NCBI GenBank assembly: GCA_000708835.1
Contig: DF237066.1
Coordinates: 62,001 to 126,000, forward strand
Length of the DNA: 64,000 nucleotides
DNA from: Klebsormidium nitens
Lineage: Eukaryota; Plantae; Klebsormidiophyceae
Reading direction: 5' to 3'
The translations under genes were made by a program, and so were the position numbers. Positions 46,401 to 56,967 of this stretch are shown in pieces (positions within the stretch are counted from its first letter, which is position 1; each line of letters begins with the position of its first letter). The notes beneath the pieces were generated by a model. That model did no database searches, was not told the DNA's origin, and saw nothing but the letters and a program-made list of their open reading frames with translations.

Positions 46401-49400
46401 GACGACGGCAGCCGGAAGCGGTCGAAGTCGGAGACGGCGCTCAGCCGGACGGCACGTGCCTCCTCACTTTCTACGACGCTTGCCTTGGCGGCCGCAGCTC
46501 GAGCCCTGGAAATCAAAGTTGTGACGAATTGAGAATTGTCTTCAAAATGAAACGGCATCGGGAGCAATGAGGAGCGCAAGAGGAGGCTTGTACGGGACGA
46601 TTGGAGGAGTAACAACACAGATGATTCGAAGAGCGAGACGACTGGGCGTCTCCAATGAGTGACGTGAAAAAACTAAGGAAGACTCTGCCAGACTATTTAA
46701 CCCAATTCGAGCGCAGAAATGCCTCAATGAGCTCAGGACACGGAGATAGCAAAGGATTCATTAGAGGAAATGTCAAGGATCACATTCATGAATTCTATCC
46801 AAATGCTTCTCCACACGGGAGCACCGACCAGCATCAACAGACCCTGAATGTGTTGTTGACATTCTGTAAAACCGATTTTGTGAAACAGATTTGAACATAT
46901 TTGCCTCCTTTAAAAGGCGAAAGCTGGCAACTTGAAGAATTGCGACAGCCCCTTCAAGCAATAGCCGGGACCCTAAAAGGCACGAAGTGGAGTGTCGCTC
47001 CGCAAAAGTCATTCCAAGTGGGTTCACACGACAAAGCGAAGCCCATGCAAACGTCGATGATCTTGCGATTCTAAAGTTCAAGCGGTGCGATGTCTATTGC
47101 CTTCTTCTGGGATCAGAACGTGAATCTGAATTGGACAAGGAACGGACGAACGCAAAGAATAGGGAGTTCGCGGCCGAATCGCAGCCACAACTCATTGCCG
47201 TTTAGATGCCTATACCCGCCTACCTGGCATTTATTCGCGTTCCTTTTTTCGTGTCCCCTTCCGACGCCGGAGGCAGCACCGGTTCCGCTTGAGGGGCCTT
47301 TTCGACGTAGCGCGCCTGCACCAGCTGCTTGAAGGCTTCTTTTACGCCCTCCGATTGCGCCGACCGTTCCGCTTCATCTTCTGTGCGTGCCGATGCCCGT
47401 TCCACCAACTGCCCAACTGACAGCCGCCCGTGTTCGATCAGTCCTGTTAAGATAAACAGATCCTTGAGTTTGTGTAAGTATCTCGATCAATCTTCGAGAC
47501 TTAGCTCCTTGATAAAAAGGATGAACCGTTCCGCTCCATCTTTTCAAGCGTGCCGATGCCCGTTCGACCAACTGGCCGACTGACAGCCGCCCGTCTTCGA
47601 TCAGGCCTCGTAAGATAAACATTTCATTTTGGAGAATTCCAAGAGGTTTTGAGGGTCAGCTTGAGTTTGCTTCCTCGAAAGAAAAGGACCGTTTTTGTCA
47701 TCATCTTCCGTGCGTGCCAATGCCCGTTCAACCAACTGCTCGTCTGGTAGCCGCCCACGTTCGATCAGGCCTCTTAGGAGAACGGGGAGATGATTGAGTT
47801 CTGCAGAATATGTTGACAAATATCGACAGCTTAGTTTGATTTATGCTCCCACGTTGAAAAGGGCCCGTTTCTTCATTTTCAGTGCATGCCATGCCGGTTC
47901 AACCCACTTTCCGACTGACACCCAAGTTCGTTCAAGCCTGTTAGACGGACCAGATGATGCCGTTCTCTGAGAGTTCCGAGAAGTTTCTATGAATCGGGTT
48001 TGAATCTGCTCCCTTGCAATAAAAGGTCCGTTCCTGTACATCGTATGCGCGTGCCGATGCCCGTCGCGGAACCAATTGCCCGACTGACACCCGCCCATGT
48101 TTCATCAAACCCGTTAAGAAGCAAGGATCTGTCAGCCCAATGTTTCTGTGAAGTCCCCCTTCACTTCTAGATCAATTTACTATGTACGACCCAGATTGTC
48201 ACGCCGCTGACATCAAATATCAAGGCACCGCTGATGTCACAACCCAGAGCCCTCTCACTTTAGTTGCCCCGCCAGACGCCAGGATTGCGGAAGTAATCCG
48301 GGACTTTGCTGATGTCACCTTTGAGGAGCGCCTCCGCATCAGTCTCGAGCTTGTCAAGGTAAGCAGAAACCAGAACCTCTTTGACATTGATCCCTCGGAG
48401 ACTCAAAACTTGCTGACTTAGTTCTTTAACAAGATCTGGAATTGCTAACGTAGTTCTTAATAAGATCTGGATTTGTTGACGTCACTGCCTCCGCGCCAGG
48501 TCCGAGCTCTACCTCAACAGGCAGCAACATGCGCGCTTGGCAGTTGAAAATCAAAAATCCGAACATGTTTCGATAGTCCTAGTCAAAACAAACTTTGCTG
48601 ACATCACCTTCGAGGACTGCCTCCGCGTCCGGCCCCAGCTCCTTGACATGCTGCAGCATGCGCGCTTCATAGTCGACACGAAAACAAAAACGTGTTCCGC
48701 TATCCCGAGATGAAAACGGAGTTCGCTGACGTCACCTTTGAGGACAGCTTCCGTGTCCAGTCCGAGTTCCTCCTCAACATACAGCAGCATGCGGGCTTCC
48801 GCCGTTGACAAGCTAAATCGGGAAAGGTGTTACGTAATCCTGAACAGAAACGAAGTTTGCTGACGTCACCTTTGAGGACTGCCTTTGCATCAAGCTCGAG
48901 CTCCTTCTTGTCACACAGCAGAATGCGCGCTTCGCCGTTGATAACAGGAAATTAAAACGTGTTACGTCACCCCAGGATGACAACGAGGTTTGCTGACGTC
49001 ACCATCGAGGCCTGCCTCTGCGTTGGGGCCAATCTCCTACTTGACGTGCAGCAGCATGCGCGCGATGCCTTTGACAACACAAAACCAAAATGTGTTACGA
49101 TATCCCTAGACAGAAACGGTGTTTGCTGACGTCACCTTCGAGGACCGCCTCTGCATCGGGCCCAAGCTCCTCCTTGACATGCAGAAGCATACGGGGGAAG
49201 CGCAGGCGTTGCAGGATTCGGCTCACGAGCGCCACGTACAGCACCTGGGGGCGCGTCCGGGGATTCTCCTGCAGTGTGGAAACACCCCCCCATTCGCAGA
49301 TGATGTGATTGGCAAGCAAAGGTGTGGGGAGGAAAGGATAGACAGACTGGATTTGCCCATACACCCAAGTGCCAACAGAGAAGTGTCCGATCTTGCCGCC

Positions 49401-49933
49401 GAGATTGCTCCTCTTCTAGAGCAACTTACGAAGGCCCAGAAACTTACACCACCTCACCATCAACTTCAGAAGATCATGAGAAGACATTTTGATGAATGCG
49501 TGACAACTGCAATCAGCTCAGTAACCAGCGGAAGGGTCACGAAGTATTCCCTATCACTTCCTTCCGCTCCCTATTGCTCCCTATAACTAAGCATACCTCA
49601 AATCGTTCCCGTGATCTGAGTTCCATGAGGAGAAAACTCTAAGGCCTTACTTCAGCAACACGCAGCTAAAATAAACCGCGCCTGCCAAAAAGCACACCCC
49701 AGCAAGCCACTCACCGCATCGGGCTCGACTCGATACGCCTGCACGCAGTTGTGCTGCGACAGCACGAGCACGCAGTTCCTCAGCTGGGGCGGTGTCAACT
49801 CTGTAACCCGCCCCAGGTCTGGCAGGGAGTGCTGCCCCTTGAACACTAGCGTTTGACACACTTTGCCTACTTGCTCTCCAAATTGGTCGACGACGATCTC
49901 GCACGCCAGCTTCTTTGCGTGCTTCGACGGCAT
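40436..49933 (-). CDS. POLR3C: RNA polymerase III subunit RPC3 (C62/C82), 559 aa
   Basis: Eleven exons total 1680 nt with consistent phases: 49715-49933, 49136-49268, 47224-47443, 46337-46505, 45078-45197, 44091-44202, 43334-43495, 42783-42910, 42090-42173, 41415-41570, 40436-40612. Motifs: LVLSQHNCVQAY, LRFPRMLLHV, VWRVNYDEF, RFGQGACRIFRLL, LEQKQIGEMAMIP, TADHVASRTFYLWRVN, LESSLLALEKMIMLF. Confidence 0.93.
41709..41828. repeat. Four degenerate ~29-bp tandem units in RPC3 intron
   Basis: ATGGACCATTCAGTTGCCGACGTCAGC-like unit repeated four times. Confidence 0.7.
42520..42730 (-). repeat. Two echo copies (~125 bp) of RPC3 exon 8 end/donor
   Basis: CCGACCTGTTTCTGCTCTAGCATTCGCTTCATGCGCAGC recurs at ~42655 and ~42530. 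A similar echo of exon 10 lies at ~41245-41300. Confidence 0.8.
43950..44088. repeat. Degenerate ~28-bp CCGGA-rich tandem repeat after RPC3 exon 6 donor
   Basis: CCCCGGACT(A/G)ACGGAAATCCGGA-like units repeated about five times. Confidence 0.7.
45405..46260 (-). repeat. Six-unit array (~156-168 bp) copying RPC3 exon 4 end plus donor
   Basis: The real donor is at 46336. Echo donors (AG|GTGAGA-type) lie at 46168, 46011, 45851 and 45695, a mutated unit at ~45543, and a remnant at 45418. Confidence 0.9.
47530..48115 (-). repeat. Four echo copies (~175 bp) of RPC3 exon 3 acceptor/start
   Basis: GTGCGTGCCGATGCCCGTTCCACCAACTGCCCAACTGACAGCCGCCCGTGTTCGATCAG recurs near 47550, 47710, 47885 and 48050. 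Confidence 0.85.
48200..49075 (-). repeat. Seven-unit array (mostly ~122-134 bp) copying RPC3 exon 2 end plus donor
   Basis: The real donor is at 49135 (G|GTGACGTCAGC). Echo donors lie at 49002, 48869, 48735, 48607, 48485, 48318 and 48240. Confidence 0.9.
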
Positions 49934-50947
49934 TGTCGTTCAGAGTCGCTGTGCTCCTGATGACTCAGCTGTTCCTGAGCTAGTTTGCAAGGGAGCGATA
50001 CTGGCGGAGAGCAGCAGGTGTTTTATACCTCCGAAAAGTGCTTGATGTTGCTTGAAAATGATCAAAACGATGTTTTGATGCTGATGAATGCCGAAGGGCA
50101 ATCATGAACCGGGACGTCTTTTGATAATGCACTTCGATTTTGCATGCCTTCAGCTTGGGCATCTCTTTCGCCAAAGCATCATTGCATAGGTTGCAAATCC
50201 TTCCCTCTCTGGTTCCACCTGCCCTAGCGTTTGCCCTTCTCCTCCTCCTTCTTCTTGCTCAGAAATCGCACGAAAAGCGCATCCCGAGAGATGAAGACCG
50301 CCAGAAGACTGACAGGGACCACAAGGGACGAGGAGAGCCGATCAGGTTTCAGCATTTTCAGCTCCTGGCGCTAAGTAGCTGCCGCCATGAAAGTTCAAGG
50401 ACGGATTTGCTTCAATGCTGCGCTGTTCGCCACTCCCGGCATTGAGTTTCCAGGGTTAAACTTTTCGAACACTGATCTCATCAAAGAACTCGCAGCTTTT
50501 TAACAAGCTTTTTAACCGCCGGGTGACCCGTTTGCTCGCGGTCGTTACTGGTCGGTTACGCCGTTACCAATCAAAATTGAGTCCTAGAATCGGGCTTTAC
50601 CAAGGCCGTTGTGGCAGGTTGTGCTGCTGCGAAATCACGTTCCTGCAACGTGAACCGGTTGATTGAATATGTAGCGCCTTTCAAATTTAGAAGCTCGGTT
50701 TTCCCAGTACCTACAGGAAACCTTGTATTGGAAATTCGGTCACGACTCACAAATAAAAAATCCGGATATATTGCTGCAAGTCGCATTTCCCCCCGGCATG
50801 CTGGCCTATCTACCTATCCTAGAGGCTAGAGCTGGTTGACATCAAGAAAGCGCCCTGGTCTGGCGCTGAATAAGGAGGTGAAACATTGCTATACCCCTCT
50901 GCCCAATCATATCCCCTGCTGCATTCTGCTCAATTGCAAGTTCCGCC
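49934..50947. promoter_or_regulatory. Putative bidirectional promoter between RPC3 and GPN1
   Basis: The start codons diverge and are 1014 bp apart. No specific motif is assigned. Confidence 0.5.
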
Positions 50948-53900
50948 ATGTCAGGAGCGGGTGCGAAGGGCGGCTTTGCCAAGGGTTTCCTGCTGCCAAA
51001 GGCCAAGTCCCCTCGCCCGGCAGCTTCTCAAAGCGAGGCGAATGAAGCGTCGACACAATTGCCGGTCAAAGACCCTCACAAACGCCTCCCGGAAGGGGAG
51101 AGTTCTAGAAGCCTGCAAGCAGAGAATGCTGAGACAACGTCAACTAGAGATGGTGATAAAAGTGCGCAAGTGCTGGCGCCTCCGGAAGAGGTCAGCCCTG
51201 AGAAGCGAACGAAACGGGAAGAGGAAGGGGAGCTAATGGAGGTGGAAAGGAGTGGCGCGGGCGACACAGAAACGCCAGAAGCGTCCACCAGTCAAGAAGC
51301 GTCAACTAGTGGCGGGCCGGAAAAAGCAGCATTTGGCACAAGGAGGAAGCCAGTGGTCATCATCGTGATTGGAATGGCAGGTAGGGTCAATGAAAGACGT
51401 TCACCTTGAGGTGGTTGTCTCAAATGCTGCCCAATGCTGTGGTGGTGGATTGGTTCAATGGCACGTGTTACAATGCCATGTGAGTGCTGGCACCACAGTA
51501 CGTTCGTATGACGCTACGCCGTGATAACAATTGTGCATGATGAAGATTGATGCGTGGACTTCATGAGGTTTTTGGGCATCAGAAGGTTCAATTGACAGCT
51601 GAAACGATGATGCTCCACCGAGAGCAGTGGTGCAGGCAGTGCTACATCAGCCATGGTTTTGTTCGTAGTGCATGACGTCGTGTTGAGTCATCTGCGAGCA
51701 TAACAACTTTGATGACTGAAAAACCTCAAGTTTCTCTTGACAAACAGCCATAACGGATTTCTCCAAGCCCCATTGAACGACTTTGATGATCGCCCGAAAC
51801 CCCTTTGAGTCGAACATAAGAGGACCAGAGCAGAATCAAACAACGGGCAAGCGAACCAGAACCATGAAAAGCAATCATAATGAAAATGACCCTTCAGTTC
51901 TCGTTCAGGTGGCAAGAGGGACCCTGGTGCAGCACCTAGGATAGACTCAGAAGACAAGTACAACAAATGAAACCTTTTAACGGAGCAAGCAAACATGCAG
52001 AGTAACAAGAAGAGAAGAAGAGAAGAAGGGGGAATGAAGCACAAAACGTTCAATCTTCTTGCAGGCAACGGGAAGACGACCCTGATGCAGCGGCTAGAGA
52101 ACATCAAGTGAGAGTGAAGCTCAATGGTATCAGGCGAAACTTGCGTCACGAGCATGCAATTACCTCAAGGTAACGGAGACTTGAGCAGAAGGAATTTTGA
52201 CCCGACAATCTACTTTTCCGCAGGCAGCGGAAAGACGACCCTGATGCAGCGCCTCAACGCTCAACTCCACATGCAAAAGTCGCGGGGCTACGTGGTCAAT
52301 CTCGACCCTGCAGTGACGTCACTCCCGTACAGCGCAAACATCGACATCCGGGACACGATCAACTACAAGAACGTGATGAAGGAGTACAACCTGGGGCCGA
52401 ACGGAGGCATCCTGACGTCACTCAACCTGTTCGCTACAAAATTCGACGAGGTAAGCTATTTTCCAACTCCTACCATCGTTTTCTTTTCAAGGCCAAGTCG
52501 ATTTTGAAAGATCCAGATCTCCACGTGTGTCACAATATACCGCTCAATGAATACTGCTTTCCTTGCGAGAGGGTGTTGACAAATCGAAGATGCAATCTGC
52601 GGCTAAAGGTTCGAGTCCATTGTTCCCCTGTTCCTGACGTCACATCCCCGCTTCCAGGTAGTCACCCTGATGAAACAGCGCGCCGTCATGCTGGATGTTG
52701 TCGTCATTATACGCCCGGCCAGATCAGCCTTCCACACTTCCAAAACTTTCTACTTTTGGTTGACGTCAGTGTCTTTCTTCTGCTGACGTCACAGTTGGTC
52801 GCTTTCATAGGACTGTGCGCCAATGCGCTCGATTCCTGGACACGTACGGCCAGATCGAGATTCTCAGTTGACGACGGCTACAGGCATTCCTTTCTCCTTG
52901 TTCACGTCAGTGTCCTTTTTCTGGTGACGTCACAGGTGGTCCCACTGAAAGTAACGCGTGCCGACGCGCTCAACGACGTCGTCGTGGACACGCCCGCCCA
53001 GCTTGTGATTGTCAACGCATCTATAAGCTCGAATTTCTCGACAGAATTTTCGAGCTTTTCGCTTCTAAGCTTCTCTTGTCTGCTGACGTCACAGGTGGCC
53101 GCCCTCATAGGAAAGCGCGCCGACACGCTCGACTACGTCATCGTGGACATGCTCGGTCAATTTGTGATTCGTCACGCGATGTTCAGCTCAAAATGCTTCG
53201 TTCATTTCGAACTTTTCGTTCTAAGTTTTCCTTGTTTGCTGAGGTCACAGGTGGTCGCCCTCATAGAAAAACGCGCCGACACGCTCGATTACGTCATCGT
53301 AGACACGCCCGGCCAGATCGAGATCTTCACGTGGTCCGCGTCGGGCGCGATCGTCACGGAAGCGTTCGCCTCGACTTTCCCGACAGTCGTGGCTTACGTC
53401 ATCGACACACCACGGACGATCTCCCCAATAACATTCATGAGCAACATGCTGTACGCGTGCGGGATCCTGTACAAAACGCGGCTGCCCCTGCTGCTGACGT
53501 TCAATAAAGTGGACGTCGCGCGGCACGACTTCGCTCTCGAGGTGAGCGTTTGGAGATGGGGTTCCTCATCCTTTGCCTTCCGTTCTGATTCCGTTTGATT
53601 CCGTTTCAATCTCGGGCGGCACGATGTTCTCCTCAGTCTCAGCAGCGTTCATTCTCGTTCTCGTTTACATTCTCTGCACTTTCGTGAGTCGTTTAGTTGA
53701 CCTATTGCCCTCTCCTCCAGTCTTCGTCTCTTTTCTGTGCACGGTGTGCACGTTTTTCTTGTTGTTAATTGATTCACTCGCAAAATCCGGCTTGTTAATG
53801 CACAACGTTGAAGCTCTTCAAACCGCCGTCGAGTCGCACAGTTCATACTCCGCTAACCTGAGCCGCAGCCTGTGCCGGGTTCTGGTCACTTTCCTCAACA

Positions 53901-55930
53901 AGGAACTAAGAGCTGAAATGAAAGAGATCAACAAGACAGTCGAGAGGTTTTTGTATGCTTTCCTCTTTGAAAGGGATACTACTACCATCTAAGTTGGATT
54001 GTGTCAAGCTTCGGTTGAGTCGAACAGTTTCATACCCCCGGCAACTTGAGCGGCAGCCTCTGCCCGGTCTTAATTAACACTCTCAAACAAGGATTTTTTC
54101 TCCTGAGAGAATACCATCACCAACCATTTACACTCGTGGTCTAATGTGATGGGAGGCTACAAGCACGTTCCCTTCGCAGGGGATGCACGACTTTAGATCT
54201 TTCCGTTCTCACTCCGCCAACCTGAGCCGCAGCCTGTGCCGCATTCGATTGCGTTTCTACAGGATAAAACTCGCCCCAAAAGGACCACGAAAAATTCCGA
54301 CTTGCAATATTTTCTCTCGCAGTGGATGCACGACTTCAGAGCTTTCCAGGCCGCCGTCGACTCGGACAGTTCTTTCTCCGCCAACCTGAGCCGCAGCATG
54401 TGCCGAATCCTGCTCGCCTTTCTCGAAGAGAAAAGCGAAGCTTAGAAGCAAAGAAAGTATTCATTAGGCTCTCATTTGCAGAAAGAGAATATCCTTCCAT
54501 CTTCTTCGCAGTGGATGCACGACTTCGAAGCGTTCCAGGCCGCCGTCGAGTCGGACAGTTCGTACTCCGCCAATCTGAGCCGCAGTTTGTGTCTGGTTTT
54601 GGACGAGTTCTACAACAACCTGCGGACGGTCGGCGTGTCCGCTATCACGGGCGAAGGCATGCCGGAGTTCTTCAAAGCCGTCGAAGAGGGGGCGGAAGAT
54701 TACATGAGAGAATACAGGTGGGCTCCTTTCAGGCGACCTTAACATCAAGTTTGTCAATGTTTGCGATTTGGGACGCGTTCACAGCGATTCGTGGACTGTC
54801 GGCGTGATTGCACTTAACCGCGAAGGCATGCCGCAGTTCTTCAAATCCAGTGGAAGAGGAGGCGGAGGACTACATGAACAGTTACAGGTGGGCTCCTTTC
54901 AGGCGACCTTGAAAGATTATTTTGAAGGTCTGCACTTTTCAATGAGTTCTACAACAATCTGCGGACCGTCGGCTGTCCGCAGTCACGGGCGAAGGCTTGT
55001 CAAAATTCTTTTCAAGCAGTGGAGGAGGGAGCAGAGGACCGCATGAGAGAAATGTCGTGAGGTGTTTTCCGGCGCTAAAAGTTGAGGGCACTAGAGTTCG
55101 AAGTTCTGAAGGACGGATTTCGGCCATTCCCGGACCCGATGGTCTGCAGAAATGATTACAGCAGTGGAGGAGAAAGCGGAAGATGTCACGAAAGAATTCA
55201 GTCGAGTTCGTTCCTATCAAGAGTCCGAACTTGCCCACTGGTATTAGTAGTAAATCTGCTCGTATAGCGCCTCGTTCTTTCTCGCAGCTCGTACTGCGCC
55301 TCGTTCCAGTTCCTAGCCCGTACGTTGGTCCCGTTGATTGACTCCCTTCCGTGGCGTCGAGCTCGAGAACGAAGGAGGACAGAAGATTCGTTCAGTAGCT
55401 TCGCTTCTTTGATTCTCTTGTTGTGGAATCAAGGCATTCCTTTATTATAACACGTGATCTGTCTGCACATGCGTATTTCATCTTGTTACGCAAATCGATA
55501 TTGAAGAGCGGAAAAGGAAGCCGGTGAGGCGGCCAAGGCTGCGGAGTCCGTTCCCTCCGATTCCTTTTTCACATTCTTTTTGACTGCCGGAGGCCACTGA
55601 ATTATCTATCAAACATAAAGCAGCGGAAAAGGAGTCCCGGTGGGCGCCAAGGGTCTTTCTGGTATTCCCCTTCTCTGACTCGGCTGATCATAGCCATTCC
55701 CGTTCCGCAGGGTCGAAATTGAGGAGCGGAAAAAGAAGAAAGCAGCGGAAGAGGAGGAGCGGAGAGCGGCCAACCTGGCGCAGCTTCAAAAGGATATAGC
55801 CGAATCGAAAGGGGAGAAGATTGTACTCGACGCGCGGAAACAGGCGGTGCTAGAAAAGGAAGAAGTGAGCGAGGACGATGAGGGGTATGAGAGCGAAGAC
55901 GAGGAGATGGATGAGGGGGAAATTCCGTAA
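50948..55930 (+). CDS. GPN1: GPN-loop GTPase 1 (XAB1/Npa3/QQT2 ortholog), 458 aa
   Basis: Exons 50948-51380, 52224-52450, 53251-53541, 54512-54717, 55711-55930 total 1377 nt. Motifs: IGMAGSGKTT (P-loop), [22 protein letters not shown] (GPN loop), [19 protein letters not shown], and an acidic tail. Confidence 0.96.
52630..53170 (+). repeat. Echo copies of GPN1 exon 3 acceptor/start, all in frame
   Basis: Acceptors CTGACGTCACAG precede 52795, 52936 and 53095; the real exon starts at 53251. Spacings are 141, 159 and 156 nt. A further decayed unit lies at ~52630-52730, and an echo of exon 2 at 52055-52105. Confidence 0.9.
53790..55200 (+). repeat. Echo arrays on both sides of GPN1 exon 4
   Basis: Upstream copies of the exon start lie at ~54310-54420 (AG 54322), ~54170-54250 (AG 54179), ~54005-54070 and ~53800-53890. 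Downstream copies of the exon end lie at ~54785-54910 (TACAG|GTGGGCTCCTTTCAGGCGACCTT), ~54940-55060 and ~55135-55200. Confidence 0.85.
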
Positions 55931-56967
55931 GCGGAACGGTCGAGATCAGCGTCAAAAGCCCTAGAAACGTGCTTTTATAGGTGAACAAAATCTCGTAATC
56001 TTGTCAAAAATGTGGGATCGAATGGGCGCATAGTACCAAAAACTTTAGTACACTTGCGGGCCCGTAGTATTAGTCCGGAGTCACGGAAGATCGGGGTTTA
56101 GTCCTGCGCGATGGACTTACAAATGAGAAGGTCGACACGGAGCTGCAATACCGGACATTCATGCAATGAAGTCCAGCTTGAGGCGGACCAGTTAGGCGCC
56201 CGGCCACGAATCTAGTTAGAGACGACTCATATATCTAGCTAGGTTCCGTCAAGCATTGAATCTACAAACGAGCGTCAATAAATACCTCATGCAATACCAT
56301 GCCAAGTATGATCAATTATGCAGTTTAAGTTCAAGTGTACGTGGATTTACGAAATTGAGAACCACATGTTCCGGATCGCATGCATGACCCGGGCCATGTA
56401 AGCGAGTCTGACACGTTGGCATGCTTGCCAGCAATCATGCATGCACACGCGCATCATGGGACTACAAGCGGGCCCGCCCAAGCTACATTCAACTCGGTGG
56501 CATGGAGCTGGCCCAACGTAAAGTAGGTAGTACCGGCGATGAGTAGGCGCCAGCGTATAGCATATGTCGAGTCATCACGATCCTCAGCTTGCCGCAGGGT
56601 TTATTTTCGGATCCATACACTTCACTTCATGTCAGCATGTCAAGATGCTGCTAGAATCTACTAAAATATGGGGTGAGTGCCATACTCAGTAACTAACACG
56701 TGTACGGCAAGTCACACGACTGCATGTACCAAGTAAGCTCGAAACTTGAGGACATGGACGCACCATGTGCAGCTACACAACTTTTAGCGAGCATGACCTA
56801 TGCGCTCAACCGAAGCTACAGTAGGCAAAACCGCAGCAGCCGATACTGCCCTCCAAAATCAGGTTCGCCCCCAAAGCAATTCAATGATTCACAAATAGTT
56901 GTTCGGCAAGAGAAGCCGCCTGCCTAACTTCGATCAAGGTTCATTTCCTAAAAGTTAGTTCTTTCTT

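Noticed and set aside
52504-53598. 364-aa ORF as an independent gene
   Set aside because: It is GPN1 intron 2 echoes plus exon 3, reported as a finding instead.
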